A stretch of DNA of 64,000 bases, taken from contig CALXBY010000005.1 in NCBI GenBank assembly GCA_944386675.1, positions 979 to 64,978 of the forward strand. Reading direction: 5' to 3'. Every line of letters begins with the position of its first letter. Positions within the stretch are counted from its first letter, which is position 1. Positions 41,208-50,745 of this stretch are shown here, piece by piece. The translations under genes and the position numbers were made by a program. Below the pieces are notes generated by a model. The model was not told the origin of the DNA. It saw nothing but the letters and a program-made list of their open reading frames with translations, and did not search any database. The stretch is from an uncultured Clostridia bacterium (GTDB lineage: Bacteria > Bacillota > Clostridia > TANB77 > CAG-508).

Positions 41208-41338
41208 TTGTATTCTCCTTTATCTTACGTATTTTAGCATATTATATAGTTTATTAAAAAATTTTTCAATGCTTTTTTATATTTTTATAAAAGAACTTAT
41301 AGTTATATCATACTCTTAAGTAAACGTTTTTTAAAAAA

Positions 41339-41836
41339 TTAATCAAAATAACTACTAATTTCTTCTAATCCTTCAAAATCTTTTTGTCTACAAATGTCAT
41401 ATGCAACAATGGCAACTGAATTTGAGAGATTTAATGATCTTAGTGTTGGTCTCATTGGAATTCGAATGGTTTTGTCTATATATTTTTGTAAAATATCTTC
41501 TGGTAATCCTTTTGTCTCTTTTCCAAATAGCACAAAAATTTCTTCCATATTTTTAAAATCTGGTTCAGAATAGACATGTTTTCCTTTTGTTGTTACAAAA
41601 AACATATTATTTTCTTCTGGCTTATATGTATTTAAAAAATCTTTGAATGATATATGTTCTTCTATATCTAATTTATCCCAATAATCTAATCCTGCTCTTT
41701 TTACAGCTTTTTCTGAAATACTAAATCCCAAAGGATGTACTAGATGTAACTTGGCACCAATAGCTGCACAAGTTCTTGCAATATTTCCCGTATTTTGAGG
41801 TATTTCTGGTTCTACTAATACAACGTGTAATTTCAT
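41339..41836 (-). CDS. trmL: tRNA (cytidine/uridine-2'-O-)-methyltransferase TrmL (SpoU/TrmH family)
   Basis: The start is set at MKLHVVLVEPEIPQNTGNIARTCAA (AAGGGAGA RBS). The track's 25-codon N-extension reads through a palindrome arm. SLNLSNSVAIVAYD is present. Confidence 0.85.
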   Translation of the reverse strand: MKLHVVLVEPEIPQNTGNIARTCAAIGAKLHLVHPLGFSISEKAVKRAGLDYWDKLDIEEHISFKDFLNTYKPEENNMFFVTTKGKHVYSEPDFKNMEEIFVLFGKETKGLPEDILQKYIDKTIRIPMRPTLRSLNLSNSVAIVAYDICRQKDFEGLEEISSYFD

Positions 41837-41860
41837 TTTTATTTCTCCCTTCAAATTGCA

Positions 41861-41973
41861 AAAAAGTTGCCAAAAGGGACGTGTCAAAATGGCAACATTA
41901 TTTTCTTTCATTAAATGCTATTCACTTAAACTTTAAAGTTGCCATTTTGACACGTCCCTTTTGGCAACTTTTT
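41861..41973. repeat. perfect 36-bp inverted repeat (41-nt loop) with GGGACG core
   Basis: AAAAAGTTGCCAAAAGGGACGTGTCAAAATGGCAAC (41861-41896) is the exact reverse complement of 41938-41973. Each arm has its own inner stem GTTGCC/GGCAAC. Confidence 0.92.
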
Positions 41974-41985
41974 GACATATCTCTA

Positions 41986-42798
41986 TTATTTTATTTTTTG
42001 TCTAACATATTCATATAATATAATTCCTGTTGCAACCGAAGCATTTAAACTTTCTGTTTTTCCTAGCATTGGTATTTTTACTTTTTTGTCTGCCATTTTT
42101 TGTATCTTTTCTTCTACTCCATTTGCTTCATTTCCAATGACAATGACTTTTCTTTTGTAGTCTATGTCATAGATACTGTTTTTGGTTTGCAGAGATGTTA
42201 CAACTATTTCAAATTTATGTTTTTTAATTTCTTTTAATGTATTTTCTAAATCTTCACATTCAATGATTTTTACTCTAAATATAGCTCCCATTGTTGACCT
42301 TACAACTTTTGGATTATAACTATCAGCTGTTCCTTTTGATACTAAGATTTGATTAATCCCTATACTATCTACTGTCCTTAAAATGGTTCCTAAATTTCCT
42401 GGGTCTTGAATATCATCTAAAGCTACAATAATATCTTGGTTATAATCAATTTCTTGTTCTTCATTTCCTGCCATTTGTGATTTAACTGTATTTTTTTCTA
42501 CAACAGCTAATATTCCTTGTGGATTTGTAACATCTGTTAAACTTTCAAATAACTTACTTGTTACATATACACACTCTTGTTTTGCAATTTCATACATAAG
42601 TTCTTTAGGAATATTGGATGTTTTTTCACAGTCATCACAAATAACGACTTGTTTGATATTTGCTTTTTCATTGATAGCTTCCTCTATAATTTTGATACCC
42701 TCAATGATATATTCATTGTTTAAATCTCTATATTTTTTATCTTTTAATTTTTTTATATGTTTTATAAATTCATTATCTTTACTCGATATTACTTGCAT
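41986..42798 (-). CDS. TrmH-family RNA 2'-O-methyltransferase (RlmB-like)
   Basis: 270 aa. DIQDPGNLGTILRT, VIGNEANGV and IPMLGKTESLNASVATGIILYE are SpoU motifs 1-3. Confidence 0.85.
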   Translation of the reverse strand: MQVISSKDNEFIKHIKKLKDKKYRDLNNEYIIEGIKIIEEAINEKANIKQVVICDDCEKTSNIPKELMYEIAKQECVYVTSKLFESLTDVTNPQGILAVVEKNTVKSQMAGNEEQEIDYNQDIIVALDDIQDPGNLGTILRTVDSIGINQILVSKGTADSYNPKVVRSTMGAIFRVKIIECEDLENTLKEIKKHKFEIVVTSLQTKNSIYDIDYKRKVIVIGNEANGVEEKIQKMADKKVKIPMLGKTESLNASVATGIILYEYVRQKIK

Positions 42799-42857
42799 AA
42801 AGACCTCCAGTATTATTTATATATATAATTTCCATTTTTATAAATTTTATTATATTT

Positions 42858-43976
42858 CTATTTCATTTCAATCAATTCGTATTCAGAACTTCCCAATCCA
42901 ATTTTCTCTCCATGTTCAATCTGACTTTCCCAATTTGTATCTGGATGATTGATATGGAAATGGTCATGTCCTTCTACTTTTTTCTCAATATTTTCTCCTA
43001 ATGCACTATTTTGGAATACTTCTTGTTTATTCACTAAATCTGCACATGCCTTATCTAATGCTACCATGTCAAATGAAGCTAGCATTCCAATATTTGGAAC
43101 AATTGGTGCATCATTTTCTGCATGACAATCACAATTTGGTGAAACATCACAAATTAAACTAATATGGAATTGTGGTCTATCTTTTACAACTGCTAATGCA
43201 TATTCTGCCATTTTTTTATTTAAAATATCTGCTGCTTCATCATTTGGTGATTTAATAGCATCAAAATTACAAATGCCAATACATCTACCACATCCTACAC
43301 ATTTATTATGGTCGATGACTGCTTTTCCTTCCTCATTATATGAAATCGCTCCATGCGCACATATTTTAATGCATTGTTTACACTTTTTACATTTTTCTAA
43401 AATAACATTTGGTTTTCCACTACTATGCATTTCCATTTTTCCAGCTCTTGAACCACAACCCATTCCAATATTTTTAATAGCTCCACCAAATCCTGTTCCT
43501 TCATGTCCTTTGAAATGGTTTAGAGATATGACAATATCGGCATCCATGATGGCTCTTCCAATTTTTGCTTTTTTTACATATTCTCCATCAATATCTACAT
43601 AAGCTTCATCTGTCCCTTTTAAACCATCTGCAATAATGACATGACAACCTGTTGAAAATGGACTAAATCCGTTTAGATATGCTGCTTCTAAATGGTCAAT
43701 AGCATTTTTTCTGCCACCAACATATAATGTGTTACAATCTGTTAAAAATGGTTTTCCTCCTAATTCTTTTACAACATTTGCAACCACTTTTGCATAGTTT
43801 GGTCTTAAATATGCTAAGTTTCCTGGTTCTCCAAAATGAATTTTAATGGCTACATATTTATTTTGAAAATCAATGTTTTCAATTCCTGCTTTTTTCATTA
43901 ATTTTTCTAACTTTTGTAATAAGTTATATCCTGGTCTTGCTCTAAAGTCTGTAAAATATACTTTTGATTTTTCCAT
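42858..43976 (-). CDS. DUF362 domain protein with 2x[4Fe-4S] ferredoxin insert
   Basis: 372 aa. VAIKIHFGEPGN is the DUF362 N-terminus. CKKCKQCIKICAHGAI and CVGCGRCIGICNFDAI are cluster motifs. Confidence 0.82.
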   Translation of the reverse strand: MEKSKVYFTDFRARPGYNLLQKLEKLMKKAGIENIDFQNKYVAIKIHFGEPGNLAYLRPNYAKVVANVVKELGGKPFLTDCNTLYVGGRKNAIDHLEAAYLNGFSPFSTGCHVIIADGLKGTDEAYVDIDGEYVKKAKIGRAIMDADIVISLNHFKGHEGTGFGGAIKNIGMGCGSRAGKMEMHSSGKPNVILEKCKKCKQCIKICAHGAISYNEEGKAVIDHNKCVGCGRCIGICNFDAIKSPNDEAADILNKKMAEYALAVVKDRPQFHISLICDVSPNCDCHAENDAPIVPNIGMLASFDMVALDKACADLVNKQEVFQNSALGENIEKKVEGHDHFHINHPDTNWESQIEHGEKIGLGSSEYELIEMK

Positions 43977-44269
43977 TTTTCTTCCTTCTTTCTTTATTTT
44001 ATTATACTGATATTTTTTGATGAAATGATTCCTATTTTTATTTTCGACTCTGCCATTATTCTGTCAATTTATATTTTCCATAATGAAAAATATATTTACC
44101 TTATTCTTGATTTTCTTCTTAACTCTGGATATCTATTTAAGGTTTTAAAATAATTCGCTTCACCTATTTTTTTATTATATCTGAGAGATAATTTAACATT
44201 TTATTAGTAATTGTATATGGTAGGTAATTTATTTCCATTTATAACCTCCATTTTTATTTTTTTATTAAA

Positions 44270-44302
44270 GTAAAAACAATCATACGTTTTTGTATGATTG
44301 TA
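44270..44302 (-). terminator. intrinsic terminator after the pilin-like gene
   Basis: ACAATCATAC / GTATGATTGT stem with a T-run on the minus strand. Confidence 0.7.
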
Positions 44303-44380
44303 TTTTATAACTTTTTTTAGAGTTTAGCAATATATTTCACTTTATATTTTGCTCTCATATTCTATATATCTAATGATACA

Positions 44381-46048
44381 CTATTGTATTGCAAGACAAA
44401 CACGAAAAGTGCAACCATCTCTCCCATGTTCGTCACTATACATAAACAGTTCTTTATCTTTGTAAAGATTATTATAAGAATGATTACAAGCTCCTCCACG
44501 AGAACAAAATCTATCCATAGAGTTTTCACTAGTATAGCAATTATTCCATTGTTTTGTTTCATATGTGGCATCTCCATATTTATACTCATTTTCTCCTTCA
44601 TATGCTGTTGAATAAGCATCACTTTCTTTATCTTTACCTGCAAATGATTCTCCATAATTTGGAAATGATTTGTTTTTATTATCAAATCCTGCTACATATT
44701 CTTTGTTTCCACCAGATAAGTCATATATTCCATACACATTTCCTGTACTGCTCTGTTTTGTATTTTTCTCAAATTCTTTCATCCCTCCTGTATATACTGT
44801 CATATTAGGTGTTATTTCTGTGCCATTTCTTCCATATTTACTTTCTGTTAAATATGCCACTACTCCCCACTCACTGTTTTTCATCATATGACTATTTAAA
44901 TTTGCATTATATTCTCGCGCATAAGTATACATATCTCCTATGGTCTGATCCGTCCATCCTAACACCTCCGGTTCAAATTTTGGTGTTGTTGTTCCACTTA
45001 CTTGGCTTGCTTCATATTTTGCTACCCATATTCCTTCTAATTTTACTGGTGTTCCATCATCTTCAGCCCATCCTCCATAGTTTACATCTCCATCAAATAC
45101 AGGATGTGTTTTAAAATATTTATCATTTACAGATATCGCTGTTTGTGAAGCAACATCTGTTGGCTTTTTTCCTTCTGCTGTTACAATTCCTCTTGCATCA
45201 CTATATCCTACTATTTGATTATTTGCTAATGCATCTTTTTCTGTTAAAGTTCCTGCTCTATATGCATTTTCATGTTCTTCTGTATCAAAATATATTATTC
45301 TATAAGCATACCTTGGTATCCATACAAAATAGCTATCTACATTATTTACTGTTACTTTTGCATTTGCCCAATGACTATTTCCTCCATCAGTTGTTCCTCC
45401 ATCTGACATGTCACTATCTGTTGTTTCTATATAGCTATACCAATCTGTTCTACTATCATCACTTACATCTTGTGTTGTTCCATCGGTTTCATTATATATG
45501 ATAGCTGTCATTCCATCTTTTAATACTGGATGATTTGGGGTTGCAGTTGTATTATAACTTGTTCCACTTAAAAATTCTACTTCTATTACTCCATATCTCA
45601 TTTCTGATAATTCTGTAACTGTTGCATCATCTGGCGTTTCTTCTGGTTCTCTTTCTATATAATCTTTCATATTTCCATTTTTATCTACAAAATATGTTCT
45701 TCCATTTGGGTCATTTTCTGTTATTGTTATGATATATCCTTCTGTTCCATCTTCATTTGTTCCCGATTCTACTGCATATTTTCCGGTCTCAAAATATTTT
45801 CCAAGCTCTTCTTCTAAATTGTCTTGAATAATTTCTCCTCCGTTTGCTTTTGCTAATGCCCCTGTTGCTGATAATTCTACTTTCTCTTTTTCATCTGCTA
45901 ATTCTGTTTGTTCTTTTGCTTCTGTTGCTTTTGTTAAGATTCCATTATCTCCTGTTAGGGTTGCAATTGTTACTCCTGCTAAAATTAATAGCACAATAAT
46001 TGTTATTACTAGTGCGATTAAGGTGATACCTTTATTTCTTTTCTTCAT
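44381..46048 (-). CDS. pilin-like N-terminal anchor fused to an FGE-sulfatase / C-type-lectin-like domain
   Basis: 555 aa. MKKRNKGITLIALVITIIVLLILAGVTIATL is a prepilin-type hydrophobic N-terminus (no Glu5). YFVWIPRYAYRI, GIWVAKYEAS, EWGVVAYL, SRGGAC and CTFRVCLA resemble FGE/CLec domain landmarks. Confidence 0.65.
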   Translation of the reverse strand: MKKRNKGITLIALVITIIVLLILAGVTIATLTGDNGILTKATEAKEQTELADEKEKVELSATGALAKANGGEIIQDNLEEELGKYFETGKYAVESGTNEDGTEGYIITITENDPNGRTYFVDKNGNMKDYIEREPEETPDDATVTELSEMRYGVIEVEFLSGTSYNTTATPNHPVLKDGMTAIIYNETDGTTQDVSDDSRTDWYSYIETTDSDMSDGGTTDGGNSHWANAKVTVNNVDSYFVWIPRYAYRIIYFDTEEHENAYRAGTLTEKDALANNQIVGYSDARGIVTAEGKKPTDVASQTAISVNDKYFKTHPVFDGDVNYGGWAEDDGTPVKLEGIWVAKYEASQVSGTTTPKFEPEVLGWTDQTIGDMYTYAREYNANLNSHMMKNSEWGVVAYLTESKYGRNGTEITPNMTVYTGGMKEFEKNTKQSSTGNVYGIYDLSGGNKEYVAGFDNKNKSFPNYGESFAGKDKESDAYSTAYEGENEYKYGDATYETKQWNNCYTSENSMDRFCSRGGACNHSYNNLYKDKELFMYSDEHGRDGCTFRVCLAIQ

Positions 46049-46318
46049 TTGCTTTTTCCTTCCTTTTCTTTTTATTTTTCTTTTGCTTTAAAATATTGTA
46101 TTCTTACTTATATTATATATTAATATTTTACTATATACTATTTATTCTTTTCAAGCACTTTTGTAAGTTTATTTTAATATTTAATTTTTAGCTATAAACT
46201 TTTATGAGATTTAGAAGATGATCTAATCTTTTTTATTATTTCCCTATTTTTTAATCATAATCCATATTAAAAGAAGAAATAAACCTAACAATTAAAATTA
46301 TTAGGTCTATTACTTCTT

Positions 46319-49300
46319 TTATAGTTTATCTTCCTCTTTTTTATATTTCGTCAATGTCTTTAAGAATTCTGTTACATCATTTAAAATTTTCATTTCATTA
46401 TCTGTTCCCATTTCTAATGTAATCATAGGCTTAATACCTGCTGAGAATTTTAATCTGTTTCCATATTCCTTTACAAGCTTTACTACATCATAAGGAAATT
46501 CAGATTCTTCAAATGTAAATACAACTGCTGTTTTCTTGCTTGCAATCTTTGATATGTTTAACGCTTTTGCTAAATATTTAATTCTTGCAATATCAATTAA
46601 GTTTTCTAATTCTGCTGGCATGTTACCAAATCTATCAATGATTTCATCAATAATATTTTGAATATCTTCTTCATTTTTACATAATGCAATATCTTGATAA
46701 ATTTCGATTTTTTGATTTGCATCTGATATATACTCATCTGGAATATAACTAGTTACATTTAAGTCGATTTGAATATCTACCTCTGGTTTCACTTCAATAC
46801 CTTTCATTTCTTTTATCACTTCATCTAGCAAGTTACAATAGGTATCATATCCAACCTGTTCTAAATGTCCTGATTGAATTTCACCAAGCAGGCTTCCTGC
46901 TCCTCTGATTTCTAAATCACGCATTGCAATTTTAAATCCTGAACCGAATTCTGTAAATTCTTTTATTGCTTTTAATCTCTTATCTGCTACTTCTGATAAT
47001 AATTTATCTCGTTTGTAGGTAATATATGCATATGCTTGCCTATCACTTCTTCCTACTCTTCCTCGTATTTGATATAGCTGTGCTAATCCCATTCTATCTG
47101 CATTTTCAACAATAATGGTGTTAGCATTTGGTATATCAATTCCAGATTCTAAAATGGTTGTACATACTAATACATTAGATTTCTTTTGGATAAAATCATT
47201 CATGATTTCTTCTATTTGATTTCCTGACATTTGTCCATGTGCATAAGAAACTTCTGCCTCTGGTACAAGTCTTGATATTTCATCTGCTTTTCTTTGAATA
47301 TTTTCTACGTTATTAAAAATGTAAAATACTTGCCCATCTCTTTCTAATTCTTTTGTGATTGCCTCTTTTATCACTTCTTTATCATATTCTAATACATAAG
47401 TTTGTACAGGTCTTCTGTTATGTGGTGGCTCATAAATAACAGACATATCTCTTACTCCCACAATAGACATATGTAAAGTTCTTGGTATTGGTGTTGCTGT
47501 CATAGTTAAAACATCTACATTGGTTTTATATTGTTTTATCTTTTCTTTATCTTTTACACCAAATCGATGCTCTTCATCAATAATTAACAATCCTAAATCT
47601 TTGAATTCAACATCTTTACTAAGGATTCTATGAGTTCCCACAATAACATCTACTTCTCCTAATTTTAATTTTCTTATTACCTCTTTTTGATATTTGGCAG
47701 ATTTAAATCTGTTTAAAATCTCCACTTTTATTGGATAATCTTCCATTCTTTCTTTGAATTCTTGATATTGTTGTTCTGCTAAAACTGTTGTAGGCGCTAA
47801 ATATGCAACTTGCTTTTGATTCATTACTGCTTTAAACGCCGCTCTTATAGCTACTTCTGTTTTACCATATCCCACATCACCACATAGTAATCTATCCATT
47901 GGTTTTGGATTTTCCATATCTTTTTTAACTTCTTCTATACAACGCAACTGGTCATCTGTTTCTTGATATGGAAATTTAGCTTCAAATTCATTTTGCCAAG
48001 GTGTGTCTTTACTAAATGCAAATCCTTGTGATTTTTCTCTTTTCGCATATAGCTCAATTAACTCTTGCGCAACTTCTCTTAAGTTTTTCTTTACTCTTGT
48101 TTTTGTGTTTTCCCATTCTTTACTTCCTAATCGATTGATTTTAGGATTAATTTTATCTCCACCAACATATTTTCGAATCATGTCCATTTGGTTTGTTGGT
48201 ACATACAAAATATCATCATTTTTGTATTTGATTTTAATATAATCTTTAATCGTTCCATCTGCTTTAATGGTATTTACACCAATATAGATACCAATTCCAT
48301 ATGTTCTATGAACGACATAATCTCCAATTTTTAAATCAGCAAATACAACCTTTTCTCCTTCTGCATAGGCAGAATGAACTGCCTTTCTTTTTCTCTTTTC
48401 TCCACTAACTACTTCATCTGCTGAAATCACTAATTGATTAATTTCATAATTTTCAAATCCTGCTGTTATCTTTCCAATTCCAATAGTAACAACCTTTTCC
48501 ACTGTTTTCACGACGATAGTCTTGTCTAGTTTTTCTTCTATCTTACAAATAATTTCTTCTTTTTCTAATATTTCCTTTAGTTTTTTTGCTTTTTCTTTAT
48601 TCTCAACTAAAACATAAATACTCTTTTTTTGTTTTAGCGCTTCTTTCAATTCTTCGAATAAATTTTCAATCTCACTTTTATAGAAATTGACTTCTCTATA
48701 TTCAAAAACATATTTTTCAGCTTGTTTATTGGTTACGCTATCTTGTTTTTCTAAATAGATTACATTTCTTTTTCCATTTTCTAAAATATCTTCGATTTCT
48801 TCATATTCTACATTATCTTCTAAGCTTTGAGGAATCATTTTTTCTTTTTCCACTAAAGCGTTGATTAGATTTTTTCTATCTTGTTTAATATTTTCTGTTC
48901 TTTGCTCTATTTTTCTTTCTTCATCTAACGCAATAATATATTTGTCTGATAAGTAATCTAATAATGTAGAAGAATTTGTATAAAAACAATCAAAATATTT
49001 ATCAATTTTACTAATGTAATTTCCACCAATAATTTGTTCTATATCTTCTTCTACAATTTCTTTTTGTTTTTCATTTACACTTAAATTCCTAATATTTTTA
49101 CATACTTGTTCTATCGATTGTTCTAATATGTATTCATGTGCTGGATAAATTTCTACTTTCTCTAAAGTATTTATTGACCTTTGGCTAATAATTGCAAAAT
49201 TTCTAATAGAGTCTACTTCATCTCCCCAAAATTCAATTCTGACACCTATTTTATCTGAAACAGAAATATCTAAAATGCCACCTCTTATGCTAAATTGTCC

Positions 49301-49786
49301 TCTTCCCTCTATCAAATCACATCTTACATATCCTAAATTGACTAGTGCCTTTTTTATATCTTCTAATGAACATATATCCCCTACTTTAAAATGTAACAAA
49401 TTCTTAAATAACACTTCTTTTGGTGGTAATTTTTGCATTAAAGCTTCAATCGTTGTAACGACAATTGGATTTCTCTTTTCTTTTATTTTGCTTAAAATCT
49501 CTATTCTTTCATAAGGTAAATCCTTGCTTTCTGCAATATAATCATATGTTACAATTTCTTTTTTTGGAAAAATATCTCCCTTATCCATAAAAGCTTTTAT
49601 GTTGTCTAAAATTTCTTTTGCTTGAATCTCATTATATGTAACAATTAAAATCGGTCTTTTTGCATATTCATTGATACTTGCTAATAATTCTGCCATTCCC
49701 ACGCCAGTTAAGCCCGATATCATTATCGGACTTTTTTCATGTTCTATTTGATTTACCAATGTTACAAACTTTCCGAGATTTTCCAA
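46319..49786 (-). CDS. mfd: transcription-repair coupling factor
   Basis: 1155 aa. Contains a CarD-like segment (GDYVVHRTYGIGIY), the SF2 helicase motifs GDVGYGKTEVA, DEEHRFGV and QLYQIRGRVGRS, and a TRCF C-domain. Confidence 0.96.
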   Translation of the reverse strand: MENLGKFVTLVNQIEHEKSPIMISGLTGVGMAELLASINEYAKRPILIVTYNEIQAKEILDNIKAFMDKGDIFPKKEIVTYDYIAESKDLPYERIEILSKIKEKRNPIVVTTIEALMQKLPPKEVLFKNLLHFKVGDICSLEDIKKALVNLGYVRCDLIEGRGQFSIRGGILDISVSDKIGVRIEFWGDEVDSIRNFAIISQRSINTLEKVEIYPAHEYILEQSIEQVCKNIRNLSVNEKQKEIVEEDIEQIIGGNYISKIDKYFDCFYTNSSTLLDYLSDKYIIALDEERKIEQRTENIKQDRKNLINALVEKEKMIPQSLEDNVEYEEIEDILENGKRNVIYLEKQDSVTNKQAEKYVFEYREVNFYKSEIENLFEELKEALKQKKSIYVLVENKEKAKKLKEILEKEEIICKIEEKLDKTIVVKTVEKVVTIGIGKITAGFENYEINQLVISADEVVSGEKRKRKAVHSAYAEGEKVVFADLKIGDYVVHRTYGIGIYIGVNTIKADGTIKDYIKIKYKNDDILYVPTNQMDMIRKYVGGDKINPKINRLGSKEWENTKTRVKKNLREVAQELIELYAKREKSQGFAFSKDTPWQNEFEAKFPYQETDDQLRCIEEVKKDMENPKPMDRLLCGDVGYGKTEVAIRAAFKAVMNQKQVAYLAPTTVLAEQQYQEFKERMEDYPIKVEILNRFKSAKYQKEVIRKLKLGEVDVIVGTHRILSKDVEFKDLGLLIIDEEHRFGVKDKEKIKQYKTNVDVLTMTATPIPRTLHMSIVGVRDMSVIYEPPHNRRPVQTYVLEYDKEVIKEAITKELERDGQVFYIFNNVENIQRKADEISRLVPEAEVSYAHGQMSGNQIEEIMNDFIQKKSNVLVCTTILESGIDIPNANTIIVENADRMGLAQLYQIRGRVGRSDRQAYAYITYKRDKLLSEVADKRLKAIKEFTEFGSGFKIAMRDLEIRGAGSLLGEIQSGHLEQVGYDTYCNLLDEVIKEMKGIEVKPEVDIQIDLNVTSYIPDEYISDANQKIEIYQDIALCKNEEDIQNIIDEIIDRFGNMPAELENLIDIARIKYLAKALNISKIASKKTAVVFTFEESEFPYDVVKLVKEYGNRLKFSAGIKPMITLEMGTDNEMKILNDVTEFLKTLTKYKKEEDKL

Positions 49787-49929
49787 GCTCTCCTATTATT
49801 GTATTCATTTTCTTCTCCTTGTTTGTTTGATTTTTATATTATACTACTTTTTTTAGAAAATATAAATAGTTTTAGCAAATATATTTTCTTTTTTTGGTTT
49901 ATATATATTTCCTCTAACGCTTAATTTTA

Positions 49930-49958
49930 TTGAATTTTTAGGCATTTTATGGTATAAT
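49930..49958 (+). promoter_or_regulatory. near-consensus extended -10 sigma-A promoter for the atypical gene
   Basis: TTGAAT (49930-49935), 17-nt spacer ending in TGG, TATAAT (49953-49958). Confidence 0.6.
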
Positions 49959-50029
49959 AAACTTGTTACTTGATAACAAAAAGCATAAACAAAGAGGGAG
50001 TATTCCCTCGAGGAAAAAGGAGGAAAAAT

Positions 50030-50725
50030 ATGCTAAAATCTTTAGAAAACACCGGGTTAGATGCCCGGCTGACACCTGAACAATACGAACTGTACAAAGA
50101 TGAGATTTCAGTTCTCGAAAAGAGTTGGAAAAAGGACATCGCAACAGGATGTTCAACACGCTTTAAAGGTGGTATTTCAGACTTTTTTATCCCCACACCT
50201 TTTTGTCAATACGATTATCACAACATCGTATATGATTACCGGAAATGCATAAATTTAAAAAACCCAACACAAGTTCCAGCCGGATTTAAAACAATGGCTG
50301 ATGGCGGTACAATTCCGTGTGCTCTCTTATCTGTGTTAAGTTATTACAAATTTCCTGAAACGCTTCCAGTTTTAGGAGAATTATTAGTAACTCATGGATA
50401 CCGGACTGCGGATAAAGGAACTCGTTGGATTGCTTTGGATAAAATCCCAGAAATGGTGTATGGAATCCAAACACAAATTCAGACATCCGTTTTTGGGTTC
50501 TGTGAATCCATCATGTTCGGAAGACCAGTTATCGCAATAGTTCCTGCGACATGGTTGCACTCTGATTTTCCTAGTTCTGGTCTTCCATCAAATGAATGTG
50601 TTGTTGTGTGGCGTCTAGAAGGGAAAAATGCGGTACTAACCAATACTTCTTCGCATTCTACTCTCACAGTGAATCTTCAAGATTTGCTCAAGAATGTTAA
50701 GCGGGCTTGGTCTTGTATCAAATAG
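50030..50725 (+). CDS. hypothetical cytoplasmic protein, compositionally foreign (possible papain/C39-like fold, weak)
   Basis: The start is at ATG 50030, 6 nt after AAGGAGG. 231 aa. Hand counts of two ~100-nt samples give 41/99 and 43/100 G+C, versus 31-36/100 in the mfd and topB samples. It uses CGG, CCG, CTG and GCG codons that are rare elsewhere in the window. GGTIPCALLSVLSYY ... GRPVIAIV ... ECVVVWRLEG loosely resembles C39-like peptidases. Confidence 0.8.
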   Translation: MLKSLENTGLDARLTPEQYELYKDEISVLEKSWKKDIATGCSTRFKGGISDFFIPTPFCQYDYHNIVYDYRKCINLKNPTQVPAGFKTMADGGTIPCALLSVLSYYKFPETLPVLGELLVTHGYRTADKGTRWIALDKIPEMVYGIQTQIQTSVFGFCESIMFGRPVIAIVPATWLHSDFPSSGLPSNECVVVWRLEGKNAVLTNTSSHSTLTVNLQDLLKNVKRAWSCIK

Positions 50726-50745
50726 TTGTCTTAACCTCCAAAAAG

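Noticed and set aside
41837-41911. A 25-codon N-terminal extension of trmL (MKENNVAILTRPFWQLFCNLKGEIK).
   Set aside because: It reads straight through one arm of the 36-bp palindrome. The internal Met (41836) has a proper AAGGGAGA RBS and begins the conserved SpoU N-terminus.
44381-44560. A diversity-generating retroelement acting on the FGE/CLec-like C-terminus.
   Set aside because: There is no reverse transcriptase, no template repeat and no similar sequence elsewhere in the window. The fold resemblance alone is insufficient, so this is kept only as a check suggestion.
44362-44685. ORF 44362..44685 (-) overlapping the 3' end of the pilin-like gene in another frame.
   Set aside because: It is entirely nested within the better-supported 555-aa ORF, and it has no RBS and no recognisable motif.
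49947-50667. Minus-strand ORFs (49947..50159, 49966..50196, 50286..50486, 50479..50667) opposite the atypical gene.
   Set aside because: Higher GC reduces random stops. None has an RBS or promoter, while the plus-strand ORF has a promoter, RBS and terminator.
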